A DNA stretch of 41,744 nucleotides from Promethearchaeota archaeon (GTDB lineage: Archaea; Asgardarchaeota; Thorarchaeia; Thorarchaeales; Thorarchaeaceae): contig JBHLPF010000033.1 in NCBI GenBank assembly GCA_048939765.1, forward strand, positions 1-41,744. Reading direction: 5' to 3'. Both the position numbers and the translations under genes were made by a program. Positions 29,026 through 38,510 of this stretch are shown here, piece by piece (within the stretch, counting starts at the first letter, position 1; every line of letters begins with the position of its first letter). A model generated the notes under the pieces. That model did no database searches. It was not told where the DNA came from and saw only the letters and a program-made list of their open reading frames with translations.

Positions 29026-29628
29026 ATGGGATTCTTGAAAAGAAGTGACAAGAAATCAGATGAGTCTTCACCAACGAAGGATGCTAGGAAGGCCTATGAG
29101 CTTTTTATAGAGGCAGAAAAACTGAAGACGAAGGGGGATCACAAGAAAGCTGAGAAGTTGCTGAACGAATCAATTAAACTGGATTCATCAAACAATGAAG
29201 CTTGGCTCAGTAGGGCCGCAATGTGTATAGTAGCCAAGAAGTATAAAGATGCAATAGAAGCTTCTCGGGAATCGATTAAACTAGATGATTCAAATCCGCG
29301 GGCATGGGGAGCATTAGCTGTCGCATTGGGAGATTCTGGTAAAACAGATGAAGCCGAGGAAGCTCTCCTCAAGGCTATTGAGCTTGAACCAGACGGCAAG
29401 GGATGGTTATTCACATTAGGTGGACTCTATTTAAACACGGGGAAGTGGGCGGAAGCTCAAGAACAGCTGGAGCGAGTCGTCCAGATAGATCCTGAATTCC
29501 TACCTGCACACCACATGCTTTTCCAAGTCTATACAGCACAAGTATCACTAGCTACTGATGCAGAGATGAAGCAGCAATTTGCCATTAAGGCTGCAATGGC
29601 CTTGATGAAATACCAAGGCAAGCTCTGA
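29026..29628 (+). CDS. Tetratricopeptide repeat protein
   Basis: About 4 canonical TPRs (AW...A...SIKLD, KAIELEP, VVQIDP). Confidence 0.88.
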   Translation: MGFLKRSDKKSDESSPTKDARKAYELFIEAEKLKTKGDHKKAEKLLNESIKLDSSNNEAWLSRAAMCIVAKKYKDAIEASRESIKLDDSNPRAWGALAVALGDSGKTDEAEEALLKAIELEPDGKGWLFTLGGLYLNTGKWAEAQEQLERVVQIDPEFLPAHHMLFQVYTAQVSLATDAEMKQQFAIKAAMALMKYQGKL

Positions 29629-29863
29629 CGTATATCAATGCTGAATGAGAGAAGCAGACTAAGACTATGCAATTTGATTTTACCCTTGGCCAAAGACCAG
29701 CAAAGAAGGATATGAATAGTAATGTTGCAGCGTCGATCATTGTGTCGAGACAAGCCTTCTGACTGAAGGCTCTATTTCATAGATGAATGCTTTGAGATGA
29801 TGAAAAGACTCTTTTTGTCACAGTTCACTACTCAGTGGCTATAGCAATCAAGAGCGGTCGGTA

Positions 29864-30886
29864 ATGAAGGTCCTGGGATATGCAGCAAGAGGAGTTGGAC
29901 AGGCGTTAGAGCCATTCACGTATACGCCGCCCAAACTAGGGGAACATGATGTCCGGGTTTCGATAACGCACTGTGGTATGTGCCATTCTGACATCCATGC
30001 CATCGACAACTACTATGGAATAACCACCTTTCCCTTTGTTCCAGGTCATGAGGTAGTTGGGCATGTGTCGGCTGTTGGCCGCAAAGTATCCAATCTAAAG
30101 AAAGGGGATCGCGTAGGCATCGGCTGGCAGGGCCGTTCTTGCATGCAATGTGAGTGGTGCCTACAAGGTGAAGAGCAACTCTGTATGGACATTGTTCCGT
30201 CAGGAACATGGGTCCCCTATGGCGGCTTTTCCACTTCCATAAGTGTGGACAGCCGCTTTGCATATCCGCTACCAGACGCCATGCCTTCTGAGGCGGCTGC
30301 TGTGCTCATGTGCGCCGGGGTCACAGTCTATTCCCCACTGCGATCGAACGCAACGAGAAAAGCGCAGAAAATTGGCATCATCGGTGTGGGAGGGCTGGGT
30401 CATCTCGCATTGCAGTTCGCCCATGCACTCGACTATGAAGTAACCGCCATTTCCTCTTCTCCAGACAAGGAGGACGAAGCGCTCCACTTTGGAGCAGACC
30501 ATTTTATCGATTCGCATGACCAGACCAGCTTGGAGAAGGCTGAGTTTGGCTTCGACATGCTGCTATGCACCGCCTCTGGCAAAATCAACTGGGAACTGTT
30601 GTTGAACACCCTGAAGAAGAATCGGAGTTTCGTTCTCATTGGCTTCCCAGACGTATCTTTCAATTCAACTGATTTAGTGGCGCACCAACTATCACTTACG
30701 GGGTCGTTCCTTGGCAATCGGGCTACAATGCGGGAGATGCTCTCATTTGCGCAGAAACACGACATCGTGCCCAAGTTAGAGTTGATGCCCATGACAGAGG
30801 TAAACGAAGCAATTCGAAAGGTGAGAGAGAACAAGGCACGCTATCGAATCGTACTATTCAACGACATCACCGATACAGGAGTCTAA
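29864..30886 (+). CDS. Zn-dependent NAD(P) alcohol dehydrogenase (cinnamyl-ADH/Ahr-like)
   Basis: CGMCHSD, VPGHE, CxxCxxC...C structural Zn site, GVGGLGH, ARYRIV. Confidence 0.93.
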   Translation: MKVLGYAARGVGQALEPFTYTPPKLGEHDVRVSITHCGMCHSDIHAIDNYYGITTFPFVPGHEVVGHVSAVGRKVSNLKKGDRVGIGWQGRSCMQCEWCLQGEEQLCMDIVPSGTWVPYGGFSTSISVDSRFAYPLPDAMPSEAAAVLMCAGVTVYSPLRSNATRKAQKIGIIGVGGLGHLALQFAHALDYEVTAISSSPDKEDEALHFGADHFIDSHDQTSLEKAEFGFDMLLCTASGKINWELLLNTLKKNRSFVLIGFPDVSFNSTDLVAHQLSLTGSFLGNRATMREMLSFAQKHDIVPKLELMPMTEVNEAIRKVRENKARYRIVLFNDITDTGV

Positions 30887-30921
30887 GTGGGTCTTTTTTC
30901 AGCAGAAGGCCAAGTCATAAG

Positions 30922-31776
30922 GTGAAAGCTGTGGAGCGTATGAACCTAGGACAGATCGTAGCTGAGCATCCTTTCCCTGAATATGCTCACTGGTGGCCTA
31001 TAGGCCAAGAATTCCTCAGCTTCATGTCAGAGGCCATCTTTTCTCAATGGTCGGAACTATATCACAATGATGGAGAATTGCGGATAGTAAGAGAATACTG
31101 CTCAGATTATCTCCTAATCGTATATGGCAAAGAAACCAACGCATCCTTGGTCGATGAATTCGTTTCCCAATCCTTTTCTTCACCACCCATTCAATCGGGA
31201 GAATTTGATGCTCTTTCCTATGCGTTTTATCGATCAGCATTTGAGCTGATCGAGCAATATTCCAATGAATACTCCTATCCTATGGAGAGAGAGCGGCGGC
31301 TTTTCACCAGGCGAGTGGGGAGGATATTCTTCACACAGGTGCGCAATTATCTGGATTTAGATTTGCCAGCAAGTTTGGTCAATGAACAAGATTTCAAGAA
31401 ACTGAAAGGCTGTATTCAGCGTGTGGGAACCTTCTTGATGGAACAAAGATATTGTCGCAATCACTTCGATTTTCGGTTTACTCTTGACGTAGAAATTGAT
31501 GGTTCGCAGGTTACACAATCTGACTCAGATTTTCTTGATAGTCTGAAGCGAAATGGGATTGCCTATGCGATTTACGAAATGGGTTACCCAGTGATCCTTC
31601 CCTCGGCTGTTTACCTTTACCATACAATTGGGGAGGCACAACATCACACCTCACGGACCATCGAAGAACTCTTTGCCTTGGTTGGTCATGAAGCCAGAGA
31701 AATACCGGGTTTCGATCCCAGTGAATACCCACCAGACAGCGTTGTTGAGCTATGGAGAATCATGGGCGGTCCGTAA
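30922..31776 (+). CDS. Hypothetical soluble protein
   Basis: 284-aa ORF co-oriented 35 nt after the ADH; no family recognised. Confidence 0.7.
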   Translation: MKAVERMNLGQIVAEHPFPEYAHWWPIGQEFLSFMSEAIFSQWSELYHNDGELRIVREYCSDYLLIVYGKETNASLVDEFVSQSFSSPPIQSGEFDALSYAFYRSAFELIEQYSNEYSYPMERERRLFTRRVGRIFFTQVRNYLDLDLPASLVNEQDFKKLKGCIQRVGTFLMEQRYCRNHFDFRFTLDVEIDGSQVTQSDSDFLDSLKRNGIAYAIYEMGYPVILPSAVYLYHTIGEAQHHTSRTIEELFALVGHEAREIPGFDPSEYPPDSVVELWRIMGGP

Positions 31777-31888
31777 GGTACTGCTCCACAATAGTTGAGC
31801 TGGTCTGTCGGAGGAACTTGGGCGTAGATACATGCCAGTTTACCTGCCTTAGAGAAAAATACCCTAGCCAAAGCATGATATAGCTGCA

Positions 31889-32638
31889 ATGATTCGAATT
31901 GCCCGACTGATGATGAATATCCTTCCTGATGTTCCAGATGATTTCCAACCGACTTACCTGGACCTGGTTTTTGCTACTTTGGCTGCAATCGGATTGCCAT
32001 TTGCTGCTGCATTTATCTTCAATGCGACAGGAGCACTGATTCCATTGATCCTTTATTATGGTGTGTTTTGTTGGGCAATCGTGAGATGGCGTCGGGGAGC
32101 AGTTGGATATGAAATAAACCGGGGAGAAATTCGAAAGCAGTTTGCTAGTTATGTAGGTTCAGTCTTCTTGGTGTTACTGATACTTCAGCTGATTCTAATC
32201 GGATTTGAATTCATCACTGTTCAGCGTGTGTCGGACTTCAACCTTCTGGGGTTCATATTCACACTTGCAATCTGGGCTCCCTTGAATGCATTTTCTGAAC
32301 AACTCATCTGGATCTATACTTTCGACTCTTATGCAGAGTTCTTCAAGGATGGTCCAAAGAGGAAGGTGATGATTGGGCTTGGGGGCTTACTGTACATCGC
32401 TCTCATTAGTCTGATTCATCTTCTGTTTTGGATCTTGGTTCTTCCTGAGGGGCAATACGTTTTCCCATTCAGTGAGCTGTTTGTTCCCATTCAGACAGCG
32501 ATATCAATTGGCTACATCTTTCTATATAGAAAATCGAAGAGCATGTGGCCCTTGGGAATTATCCATGTGCTGATAAACATCACAGCGATTGCACTCAGTG
32601 GATACTCGATTCTTCCAGTAATGCTAGTATTCAACTGA
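31889..32638 (+). CDS. CPBP/Abi (Rce1-like) intramembrane protease-like protein with degenerate motif 1
   Basis: FSEQLIW in place of EExxxR; SLIH; YRKSKSMWP..IIHVLIN (HxxxN). Start may be 31910 or 31913. Confidence 0.68.
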   Translation: MIRIARLMMNILPDVPDDFQPTYLDLVFATLAAIGLPFAAAFIFNATGALIPLILYYGVFCWAIVRWRRGAVGYEINRGEIRKQFASYVGSVFLVLLILQLILIGFEFITVQRVSDFNLLGFIFTLAIWAPLNAFSEQLIWIYTFDSYAEFFKDGPKRKVMIGLGGLLYIALISLIHLLFWILVLPEGQYVFPFSELFVPIQTAISIGYIFLYRKSKSMWPLGIIHVLINITAIALSGYSILPVMLVFN

Positions 32639-32724
32639 AGTAATATTCCACACAAATCATACTGAATCTATTTATCCTGCTTTCCTCTGACCATACAGCT
32701 AACTAGTTCGAGAGGGAGCGACTA

Positions 32725-32925
32725 ATGAATAGGTTTCAAGCTACAACTATCTTAGGTATCTGTATACTTTGCTCAGCAGCAATTCCCTTCTTGCTTCCAC
32801 GTACTGTTACCGCGGGAAGTCCACTCCCGGATCCACCCATGCTCTCAGCAATGATTGCCTTAGCAGGTATCATTGTGCTTCTAATTGCAGTCGTATTCAA
32901 GTTCAAACCAGTACCTGCAAATTGA
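32725..32925 (+). CDS. Small 2-TM membrane protein
   Basis: 66 aa, GAGGGAG SD, two hydrophobic helices joined by a Pro-rich linker. Confidence 0.6.
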   Translation: MNRFQATTILGICILCSAAIPFLLPRTVTAGSPLPDPPMLSAMIALAGIIVLLIAVVFKFKPVPAN

Positions 32926-33022
32926 GAATAGGATAGAACTGAACTTGAGCCGGTTTGGCAGAGTCAAGAGAGCGATTGGTTTAGCAGGTGATATAGGTTC
33001 TCAAAATCAAATAGCAACCAGA

Positions 33023-33457
33023 CTAGATTAGGGTTTCAAGAATCTCAGCCACATCTTCAACATATTTCGGACAGTTGTCGAATGCACTCTTTTCGAAGGC
33101 TTCTTTCAGGTCTTCAGCAGCGGCCAAGTCATATTTGATCAGTTCTCTACATAGCGTCGAACCATGAAGCTTGGTGAAATTTCCGAGAAGCGTGTTTGCG
33201 GCTTGAAAGGCTTTCTCCTCCATCATTGACCCTCCGTACTTCAGTCCTAGAGCCATGATTGCTCCAGTCAGAGCTCCGCAAACATTTCCATTACTAGCTA
33301 TACCTCCACCGAACCCAGATGCTATATTCATGCAGGTATCATAGTCAAGTTTTCGGGAACTGAGGTGTACACCATAGGTAGCGAATATCGCTTGTGAACA
33401 AGAGCCTCTCTGTTCATCCATTATCTTCTTTGCTTCTTTCACGCGATTGGCTGACAT
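33023..33457 (-). CDS. C_GCAxxG_C_C family putative redox protein
   Basis: CSQA, GFGGG, CGALTG, LCREL, C..YV. Confidence 0.9.
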   Translation of the reverse strand: MSANRVKEAKKIMDEQRGSCSQAIFATYGVHLSSRKLDYDTCMNIASGFGGGIASNGNVCGALTGAIMALGLKYGGSMMEEKAFQAANTLLGNFTKLHGSTLCRELIKYDLAAAEDLKEAFEKSAFDNCPKYVEDVAEILETLI

Positions 33458-33510
33458 AAAGAGCCATATGTTTGAACATTATTATACATTTGCTACTAAA
33501 TCACTATTAT

Positions 33511-34164
33511 TCAAGAATTCAAATATCTCTCTCTTCTTAATAGAAGAGCAGAGAGAATTCCAATCCATAGCATATATCCGTAGACCATAATCCGCTCGAC
33601 AAGTCCGAGCCATGGTGTCGATAGGCCTTCCTCAACCTGTGCAACGCCTAAGAAAGGTAATGACCCTAATGCCAGGTAAATCAAGATAGTTCCTATAGAA
33701 TAGAACCCAAATCGCTTTCTCTGAGTATAAGCTCCAACTGCGAGAGACAGCAAAATAAAGAGGACAGTTACACCAGCAAGAGTTTGATGCATTGCATTGG
33801 TAAATGCTGTCCCTAGCTCACTAGGATCCATTGGAAAGAATAATCCTACCAAACCTCCGAGTACATAACCACAGAGAAGACAGGACAACATCTGTAAATT
33901 GCGTTTTCCGATTGAACCTTGCCAGACACCTGCAATGAATGCCATTACAAGAAAATTGTACACAATATACAGTGAAACAACAAATGGTCTTGAGGGTGAT
34001 CCAATCGCACTCAATTCACTTACATATTGAGAAGTAAAATCATAGTTCCCGCACATGATGCCTCCAAGAATATCAGTGACTACATAAAGTATCGAAGAAA
34101 GAATTCCACAGACGAACATGGTTCTTTGCAGCCTATCAGAATCGTGCACTGTTTCGAGTTTCAC
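33511..34164 (-). CDS. DUF998-family membrane protein
   Basis: Y...SQYVSELSAIGSP, FPMD, MH, GLVERI. Confidence 0.82.
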   Translation of the reverse strand: MKLETVHDSDRLQRTMFVCGILSSILYVVTDILGGIMCGNYDFTSQYVSELSAIGSPSRPFVVSLYIVYNFLVMAFIAGVWQGSIGKRNLQMLSCLLCGYVLGGLVGLFFPMDPSELGTAFTNAMHQTLAGVTVLFILLSLAVGAYTQRKRFGFYSIGTILIYLALGSLPFLGVAQVEEGLSTPWLGLVERIMVYGYMLWIGILSALLLRRERYLNS

Positions 34165-34177
34165 CTCTGTCCGTTGA

Positions 34178-35386
34178 TTACTCCTTCTTCCCTACCAGTA
34201 AATCTGACCTGCCTATCGCTTCATATAACGTGGTGCGTAAGGCAATATCTCTTGGGTCATGTGGAAATGATGTTCCAAGCCCATTGAGAACATATCCATA
34301 CCCTATCCCGACTTCCGGATCAGCATATCCAAACGATCCACCTGTTCCTGGCATCCCAAAGGAGCTTGGTGAACCAAATGGGCTTTCTGGAAGACCCTTC
34401 GCAAACCCAAGTGAATAACTTGTATTTATCTTGAAAGCACCATCTTTGAAACCATGTTTTGGAGGTACTGCTGGAGCCATAAGTTGTTGAAGTGTTTCTT
34501 CGCGAATTCCAAGCTCTTTGCCACCAGTTGCAAAGACACTATAGGCACGAGCAATTGCACGAGCTGTTCCAACACCTCCCCCAGATGGAACTTCGAAATT
34601 TCGAGTAAAGATACGATCATCATCAAGACAAAATTCAGTTCCAACCAAGGCACGTCGAAGTGCTGAGCGCGGATTCATCGCGGCGAGAATCATTCCTATA
34701 CTTGTTGACCTCATGGCCGAGAAGGAGAATTTGATTTCTCTAAGTGGAGCAAGCCTGGAATTTGGAATATCTTCTGGTAGACCTATGTAAAAGTCGATAC
34801 CCAAAGGAGTGGCAATCTCACTCTGGAAGTATTGACCAAGGCTGCGACCCTTTGGGTCAACCCTTCGTAGGAGTTCACTCTGGTAGAACCCTAATGTCAA
34901 CGCATGGTATGTGTGTCGGGTTCCTGGTTCATAGGCTGGTTTTTGCTTGGCTAGAACAACAGCAAGACGATCGAGGTCTGCAATGATTTCCCTATCACCT
35001 AGTTCATCAAAGGCGTACAAACCAGCTTGATGCGCCATAAGTTGTCTGACTGTGATTCTGTCTTTCCCGTTCTGAGCAAACTCAGGCCAGTATCTCGAAA
35101 CTGGCTCATCATATTCAAATAATCCCTGAGAGTGTGCAAGAGCCATTGCGAGGGCTGAAAGTCCCTTCGTTGTTGACCAAACGAGCACCATAGTATCTTC
35201 TTCCCAAGGCTCTCCAGTGGCTTCGTTCCTGATTCCACCCCACAGGTCAACTACCTTTTCTCCTTGATAATAGATACAACAAGCTGCACCTAACTCATTA
35301 CGTTGTTCGAAGTTTTCAATAAAAACTTCCTTCACAGGTTCAAACTGTGGTTTGACAAAACCTGAAATCATGCTATCTGTCGTCAA
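34178..35386 (-). CDS. Serine hydrolase, beta-lactamase/class C-like esterase
   Basis: VVDLWGG, STTK (SxxK), YWPEF..GK..ITVRQL..HQAGL, YHA, FG.PG.GGS...ADP. Confidence 0.92.
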   Translation of the reverse strand: MTTDSMISGFVKPQFEPVKEVFIENFEQRNELGAACCIYYQGEKVVDLWGGIRNEATGEPWEEDTMVLVWSTTKGLSALAMALAHSQGLFEYDEPVSRYWPEFAQNGKDRITVRQLMAHQAGLYAFDELGDREIIADLDRLAVVLAKQKPAYEPGTRHTYHALTLGFYQSELLRRVDPKGRSLGQYFQSEIATPLGIDFYIGLPEDIPNSRLAPLREIKFSFSAMRSTSIGMILAAMNPRSALRRALVGTEFCLDDDRIFTRNFEVPSGGGVGTARAIARAYSVFATGGKELGIREETLQQLMAPAVPPKHGFKDGAFKINTSYSLGFAKGLPESPFGSPSSFGMPGTGGSFGYADPEVGIGYGYVLNGLGTSFPHDPRDIALRTTLYEAIGRSDLLVGKKE

Positions 35387-35559
35387 TTTGATTTAGCCAA
35401 CGTGATTTTTTGTTTCAATTGCAGTACAATGACATATTTTAATATCTCTTTCACCAGCGATTCCAAAGCCTTGAAAGAAGTGCTTGAGTAGATCAAGCAT
35501 CAGCTTGGTTTCAACTAAGATTGTTCTTCATGAGTTTAAGACGTCAGGAATTAGATGGA

Positions 35560-36366
35560 ATGAGTAAAGAGAAAAATGACACTTCATTTAGGGTGATAAC
35601 GCATAGATTCACTTTACCTATAGAACTACTTAACAACTTGGCTCCAAAGCATCGTATCTATGGATTGGTCGAAGTTGATGTCACTCAAGCTCGGAGGTTT
35701 ATTTCTGAGAGAGAAGAAAGAACGGGGGAGAAGATGTCATTCACAGCCTGGGTGATAAAATGTATTGGTCAAGCAGTCAGTGAACATATAGAGGTTCAAG
35801 CTCTCAAGAAAGGGAAGAAGAATCTTGTCATATTCGATGATGTTGATGTTGGAATAATTGTTGAAAAGCAAACGAAAGTCGGAAAGATTCCAACTCAATA
35901 TTGTGTACGGAAAGCAAATGAAAAGAGCTTCAGGCAAATTCATGATGAAATCCGTCAAGCTCAGAAGGCTGACTCTGGCGATAGCATCGTTGCTGGAAAG
36001 AGAGAATCTTCCTCAGATAGCAGGCTTCGCCGTTTCCCAGGTCCATTTAGAAAACTATTCTGGAGAATATTCAGATCAGATCCGTTTTTGAGGAAGAAAA
36101 TGATGGGTACAATCGGAGTCACCGCCGTGGGAATGTTCGGAAAAGGTGGAGGCTGGGCTATTCCTGTGGGTTTACACCCTGCTGTGTTTGCATTAGGTGG
36201 CATCTCAAGGAAATCAAGAAACCCAATAAATCAAGATGATATTGGCGAATTCCTCAATCTTACTGTGATGTTTGATGAGGAGGTCTCTTATGGCGCTCCT
36301 GCCACGAGATTCGTCGCGAGACTCTTGGAGCTTATGGAAAGTGGCTTTGGACTTCAAGAGAAGTAA
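35560..36366 (+). CDS. Stand-alone 2-oxoacid dehydrogenase E2 core-like domain (no lipoyl domain, catalytic His replaced)
   Basis: EVDVT, SFTAWVIKC, VDVGIIVE, GTIGVTAVGMFG, LNLTVMFDEEVSYGAPATRF. Start reassigned to ATG 35560. Confidence 0.8.
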   Translation: MSKEKNDTSFRVITHRFTLPIELLNNLAPKHRIYGLVEVDVTQARRFISEREERTGEKMSFTAWVIKCIGQAVSEHIEVQALKKGKKNLVIFDDVDVGIIVEKQTKVGKIPTQYCVRKANEKSFRQIHDEIRQAQKADSGDSIVAGKRESSSDSRLRRFPGPFRKLFWRIFRSDPFLRKKMMGTIGVTAVGMFGKGGGWAIPVGLHPAVFALGGISRKSRNPINQDDIGEFLNLTVMFDEEVSYGAPATRFVARLLELMESGFGLQEK

Positions 36367-36395
36367 CTAGGTTGTACAAGGATCCTCCACCATGG

Positions 36396-37241
36396 TTAGA
36401 GTTCAGGTGGTCCCTGCTTGACTCGTTTCATAATATCTCTAGGAGTTACTCCCCAATCTATGAGATACTCTAGCCACCAAGTCATTCCTGCTTCAGCGCA
36501 TAGCTGAAGCTTCTCAGAGTCTACTTTCTTATCATCGCCTGTAGTATCACCTGAAACCACAAGGTCATAGTTCTTGAGATTCCCTCGCTCCTTCTCTATG
36601 ATTGAGAATGTCTCTTTATATCCCTCAATGCTCAGCCCATCTTCCCCTTCCGCAAGAGGAAATGCGCCATCATATCGTACTGCTCTCTTGAAAGGCGCTT
36701 TCTTTGGCCAAGTGCCTGCAACCCAGATTGGTATCTTCTTCTGGACCGGTTTTGGGAGAAATGTCACTTCCTTTTGCTGGTAGTACTCTCCCTCAAAAGA
36801 GAATGGTTCACCACTCCAGAGACCTGTAAGGACTTCGAGCCCTTCGTCCAACATCTTTGCTCGAGCTCTTAAATCAGAAGTTTCGCCAAAGTGATCGAAC
36901 TCCTGTGAGGAGCCTCCAAGGCCTACCCCCATGATTAATCGACCGTTTGAGAGATGGTCTAACGATACAGTTTCCCGTGCCAGCTTGGAAGGTCGTCTTC
37001 GCGGAATCGGAGTGACCATTGGGCCTATCTTAATGTTCTCCGTCCTAGCAGCCACAGCAGCCATTACAATCCATGGATCCACAACTCCCATAGTACCTTC
37101 CCAGCATGCCCAGATGTGATCCCATATGAAGAATCCATCCCACCCTGCATCTTCTGCCGCCAATGCAAGGTCCACATGAAAATCTATTCCCTTGCTTCCA
37201 TTTCCATAAAGGAAACAATATGGGTATATTCCATACTTCAT
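36396..37241 (-). CDS. LLM-class flavin-dependent oxidoreductase
   Basis: AEDAGWDGFFIWDH, DPW, PRRRP.KLARE..SLDHLSNGR, IPIWVAG.WP. Start reassigned to ATG 37241 (MKYGIY). Confidence 0.9.
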   Translation of the reverse strand: MKYGIYPYCFLYGNGSKGIDFHVDLALAAEDAGWDGFFIWDHIWACWEGTMGVVDPWIVMAAVAARTENIKIGPMVTPIPRRRPSKLARETVSLDHLSNGRLIMGVGLGGSSQEFDHFGETSDLRARAKMLDEGLEVLTGLWSGEPFSFEGEYYQQKEVTFLPKPVQKKIPIWVAGTWPKKAPFKRAVRYDGAFPLAEGEDGLSIEGYKETFSIIEKERGNLKNYDLVVSGDTTGDDKKVDSEKLQLCAEAGMTWWLEYLIDWGVTPRDIMKRVKQGPPEL

Positions 37242-37406
37242 TCGACGTAGCCTCTGAAAATTGATAGCTATAATCCCTGCTTCACTATTATTTTGCAGTT
37301 CCACTCATTTCCTCCGAGTGAAGATCATCACGTCCTTCTATCAAGGTGTGAGAATAGTGGCAACAATGACTATGAGAATCGTCGTCAGGTCTCAATTATT
37401 ATGATC

Positions 37407-38279
37407 TCAGAAGTCTGTGACAGTGGGAATGATTTCTTCTCCAAACTTCTCAAGCGGGATTATCTCATGTACATTTGGCATGTTGAGAATAACATGGTCA
37501 ATACTCTCATTTGCCAGTCCTTTGCACATTCCAATAACATCCTTTGCTGACATATTCCCCGAGGATAGATTCGCTGTACCCAAGGCTGTACGTTCTATTT
37601 CATCGTATGGTCTTCCAATGGTTTCACAATGTTTCTTCAAGACCTTGAGTTTGTGATTGATCACTTCAAGACCTGAATAAGTGAACAAATTACATGCATC
37701 AGCATATTGAGCCACGAGCCGTAGAGTCTTTTTCTCACCCATTCCTCCTATCAATATCTTAGGATGTGGTTTTGAGAGCGGCTGTGGACTGCTTATAGGT
37801 TCAGATAACTGATGATGTTTGCCGTTGTACGGATCTCGTTTTCCTGACCACATTTGCTTAGCTATTTGTAGGGTTTCTTCTAACATTTCAAATCGGTGCT
37901 GAATTTTCGGAAAAGGCAGTCCCAAGCCTCGTGCTTCTCGTTCATACCAGGCAGCTCCCACACCAAAATACGCTCTCCCACCTGATAACACATCTAAAGT
38001 TGTAACAGTCTTTATCAAGGCACCCGGATGCCTATAAACAACTCCTGTTACTAATGTACCCAACTTTACTTTGCTAGTTAGGGCAGCTATATAGCTTAGG
38101 GTACTATAAGCTTCCAACATTGGCTGAGCAGCATCACCAAACATTTCTAACTGAAAGAAATGATCCATAACCCAAATACTGGAAAATCCTGCCTTTTCAG
38201 CAGTTCTTGCGATTTCGCTCAACGTTGCTCTTATTTCACTAGACCATGTATAGACGGGAATTTGTAGACCTATTTGCAT
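37407..38279 (-). CDS. LLM-class, probably F420-dependent, oxidoreductase (TIGR03560-like)
   Basis: WVMDHFFQ, MLEAY, LVTGVVYRHPG.L.K.VTTLDVLSGGRA, IGG.GEKKTLRLVAQYADACN. Confidence 0.9.
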   Translation of the reverse strand: MQIGLQIPVYTWSSEIRATLSEIARTAEKAGFSSIWVMDHFFQLEMFGDAAQPMLEAYSTLSYIAALTSKVKLGTLVTGVVYRHPGALIKTVTTLDVLSGGRAYFGVGAAWYEREARGLGLPFPKIQHRFEMLEETLQIAKQMWSGKRDPYNGKHHQLSEPISSPQPLSKPHPKILIGGMGEKKTLRLVAQYADACNLFTYSGLEVINHKLKVLKKHCETIGRPYDEIERTALGTANLSSGNMSAKDVIGMCKGLANESIDHVILNMPNVHEIIPLEKFGEEIIPTVTDF

Positions 38280-38377
38280 AGTATATCATCTCCTTCATTC
38301 AGCTTAACTTATTTCAATCTTTCACAGAAGTTATCCAACCAAATTCTGATAGGTACATGCCATTTTTGCCGACATCC

Positions 38378-38383
38378 TTAAAT
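38378..38383 (+). promoter_or_regulatory. Putative TATA box of the tRNA-Cys gene
   Basis: TTAAAT about 30 nt upstream of the mature tRNA 5' end. Confidence 0.45.
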
Positions 38384-38411
38384 CCAGTCTGAGGTATCCT
38401 CTCCCAGCTGG

Positions 38412-38486
38412 GCCGGTTTGGCGGAGCAGCTACGCGACAGACTGCAGATCTGTTTTACCTGGGTGCAAATCCCAGAGCCGGCTCCA
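38412..38486 (+). tRNA. trnC: tRNA-Cys(GCA), intronless, CCA encoded
   Basis: Acceptor GCCGGTT/AGCCGGC; D stem GCG/CGC; anticodon arm ACAGA-CTGCAGA-TCTGT (GCA at 38444-38446); T arm CTGGG-TGCAAAT-CCCAG; U73 discriminator, then CCA. Confidence 0.95.
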
Positions 38487-38510
38487 ATTTCATTCTAGAG
38501 ATGATTTCAA

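Noticed and set aside
29026-29060. MGFLKRS N-terminus as a myristoylation signal
   Set aside because: MG-hydrophobic-basic starts are common in prokaryotic proteins, and there is no evidence for an N-myristoyltransferase.
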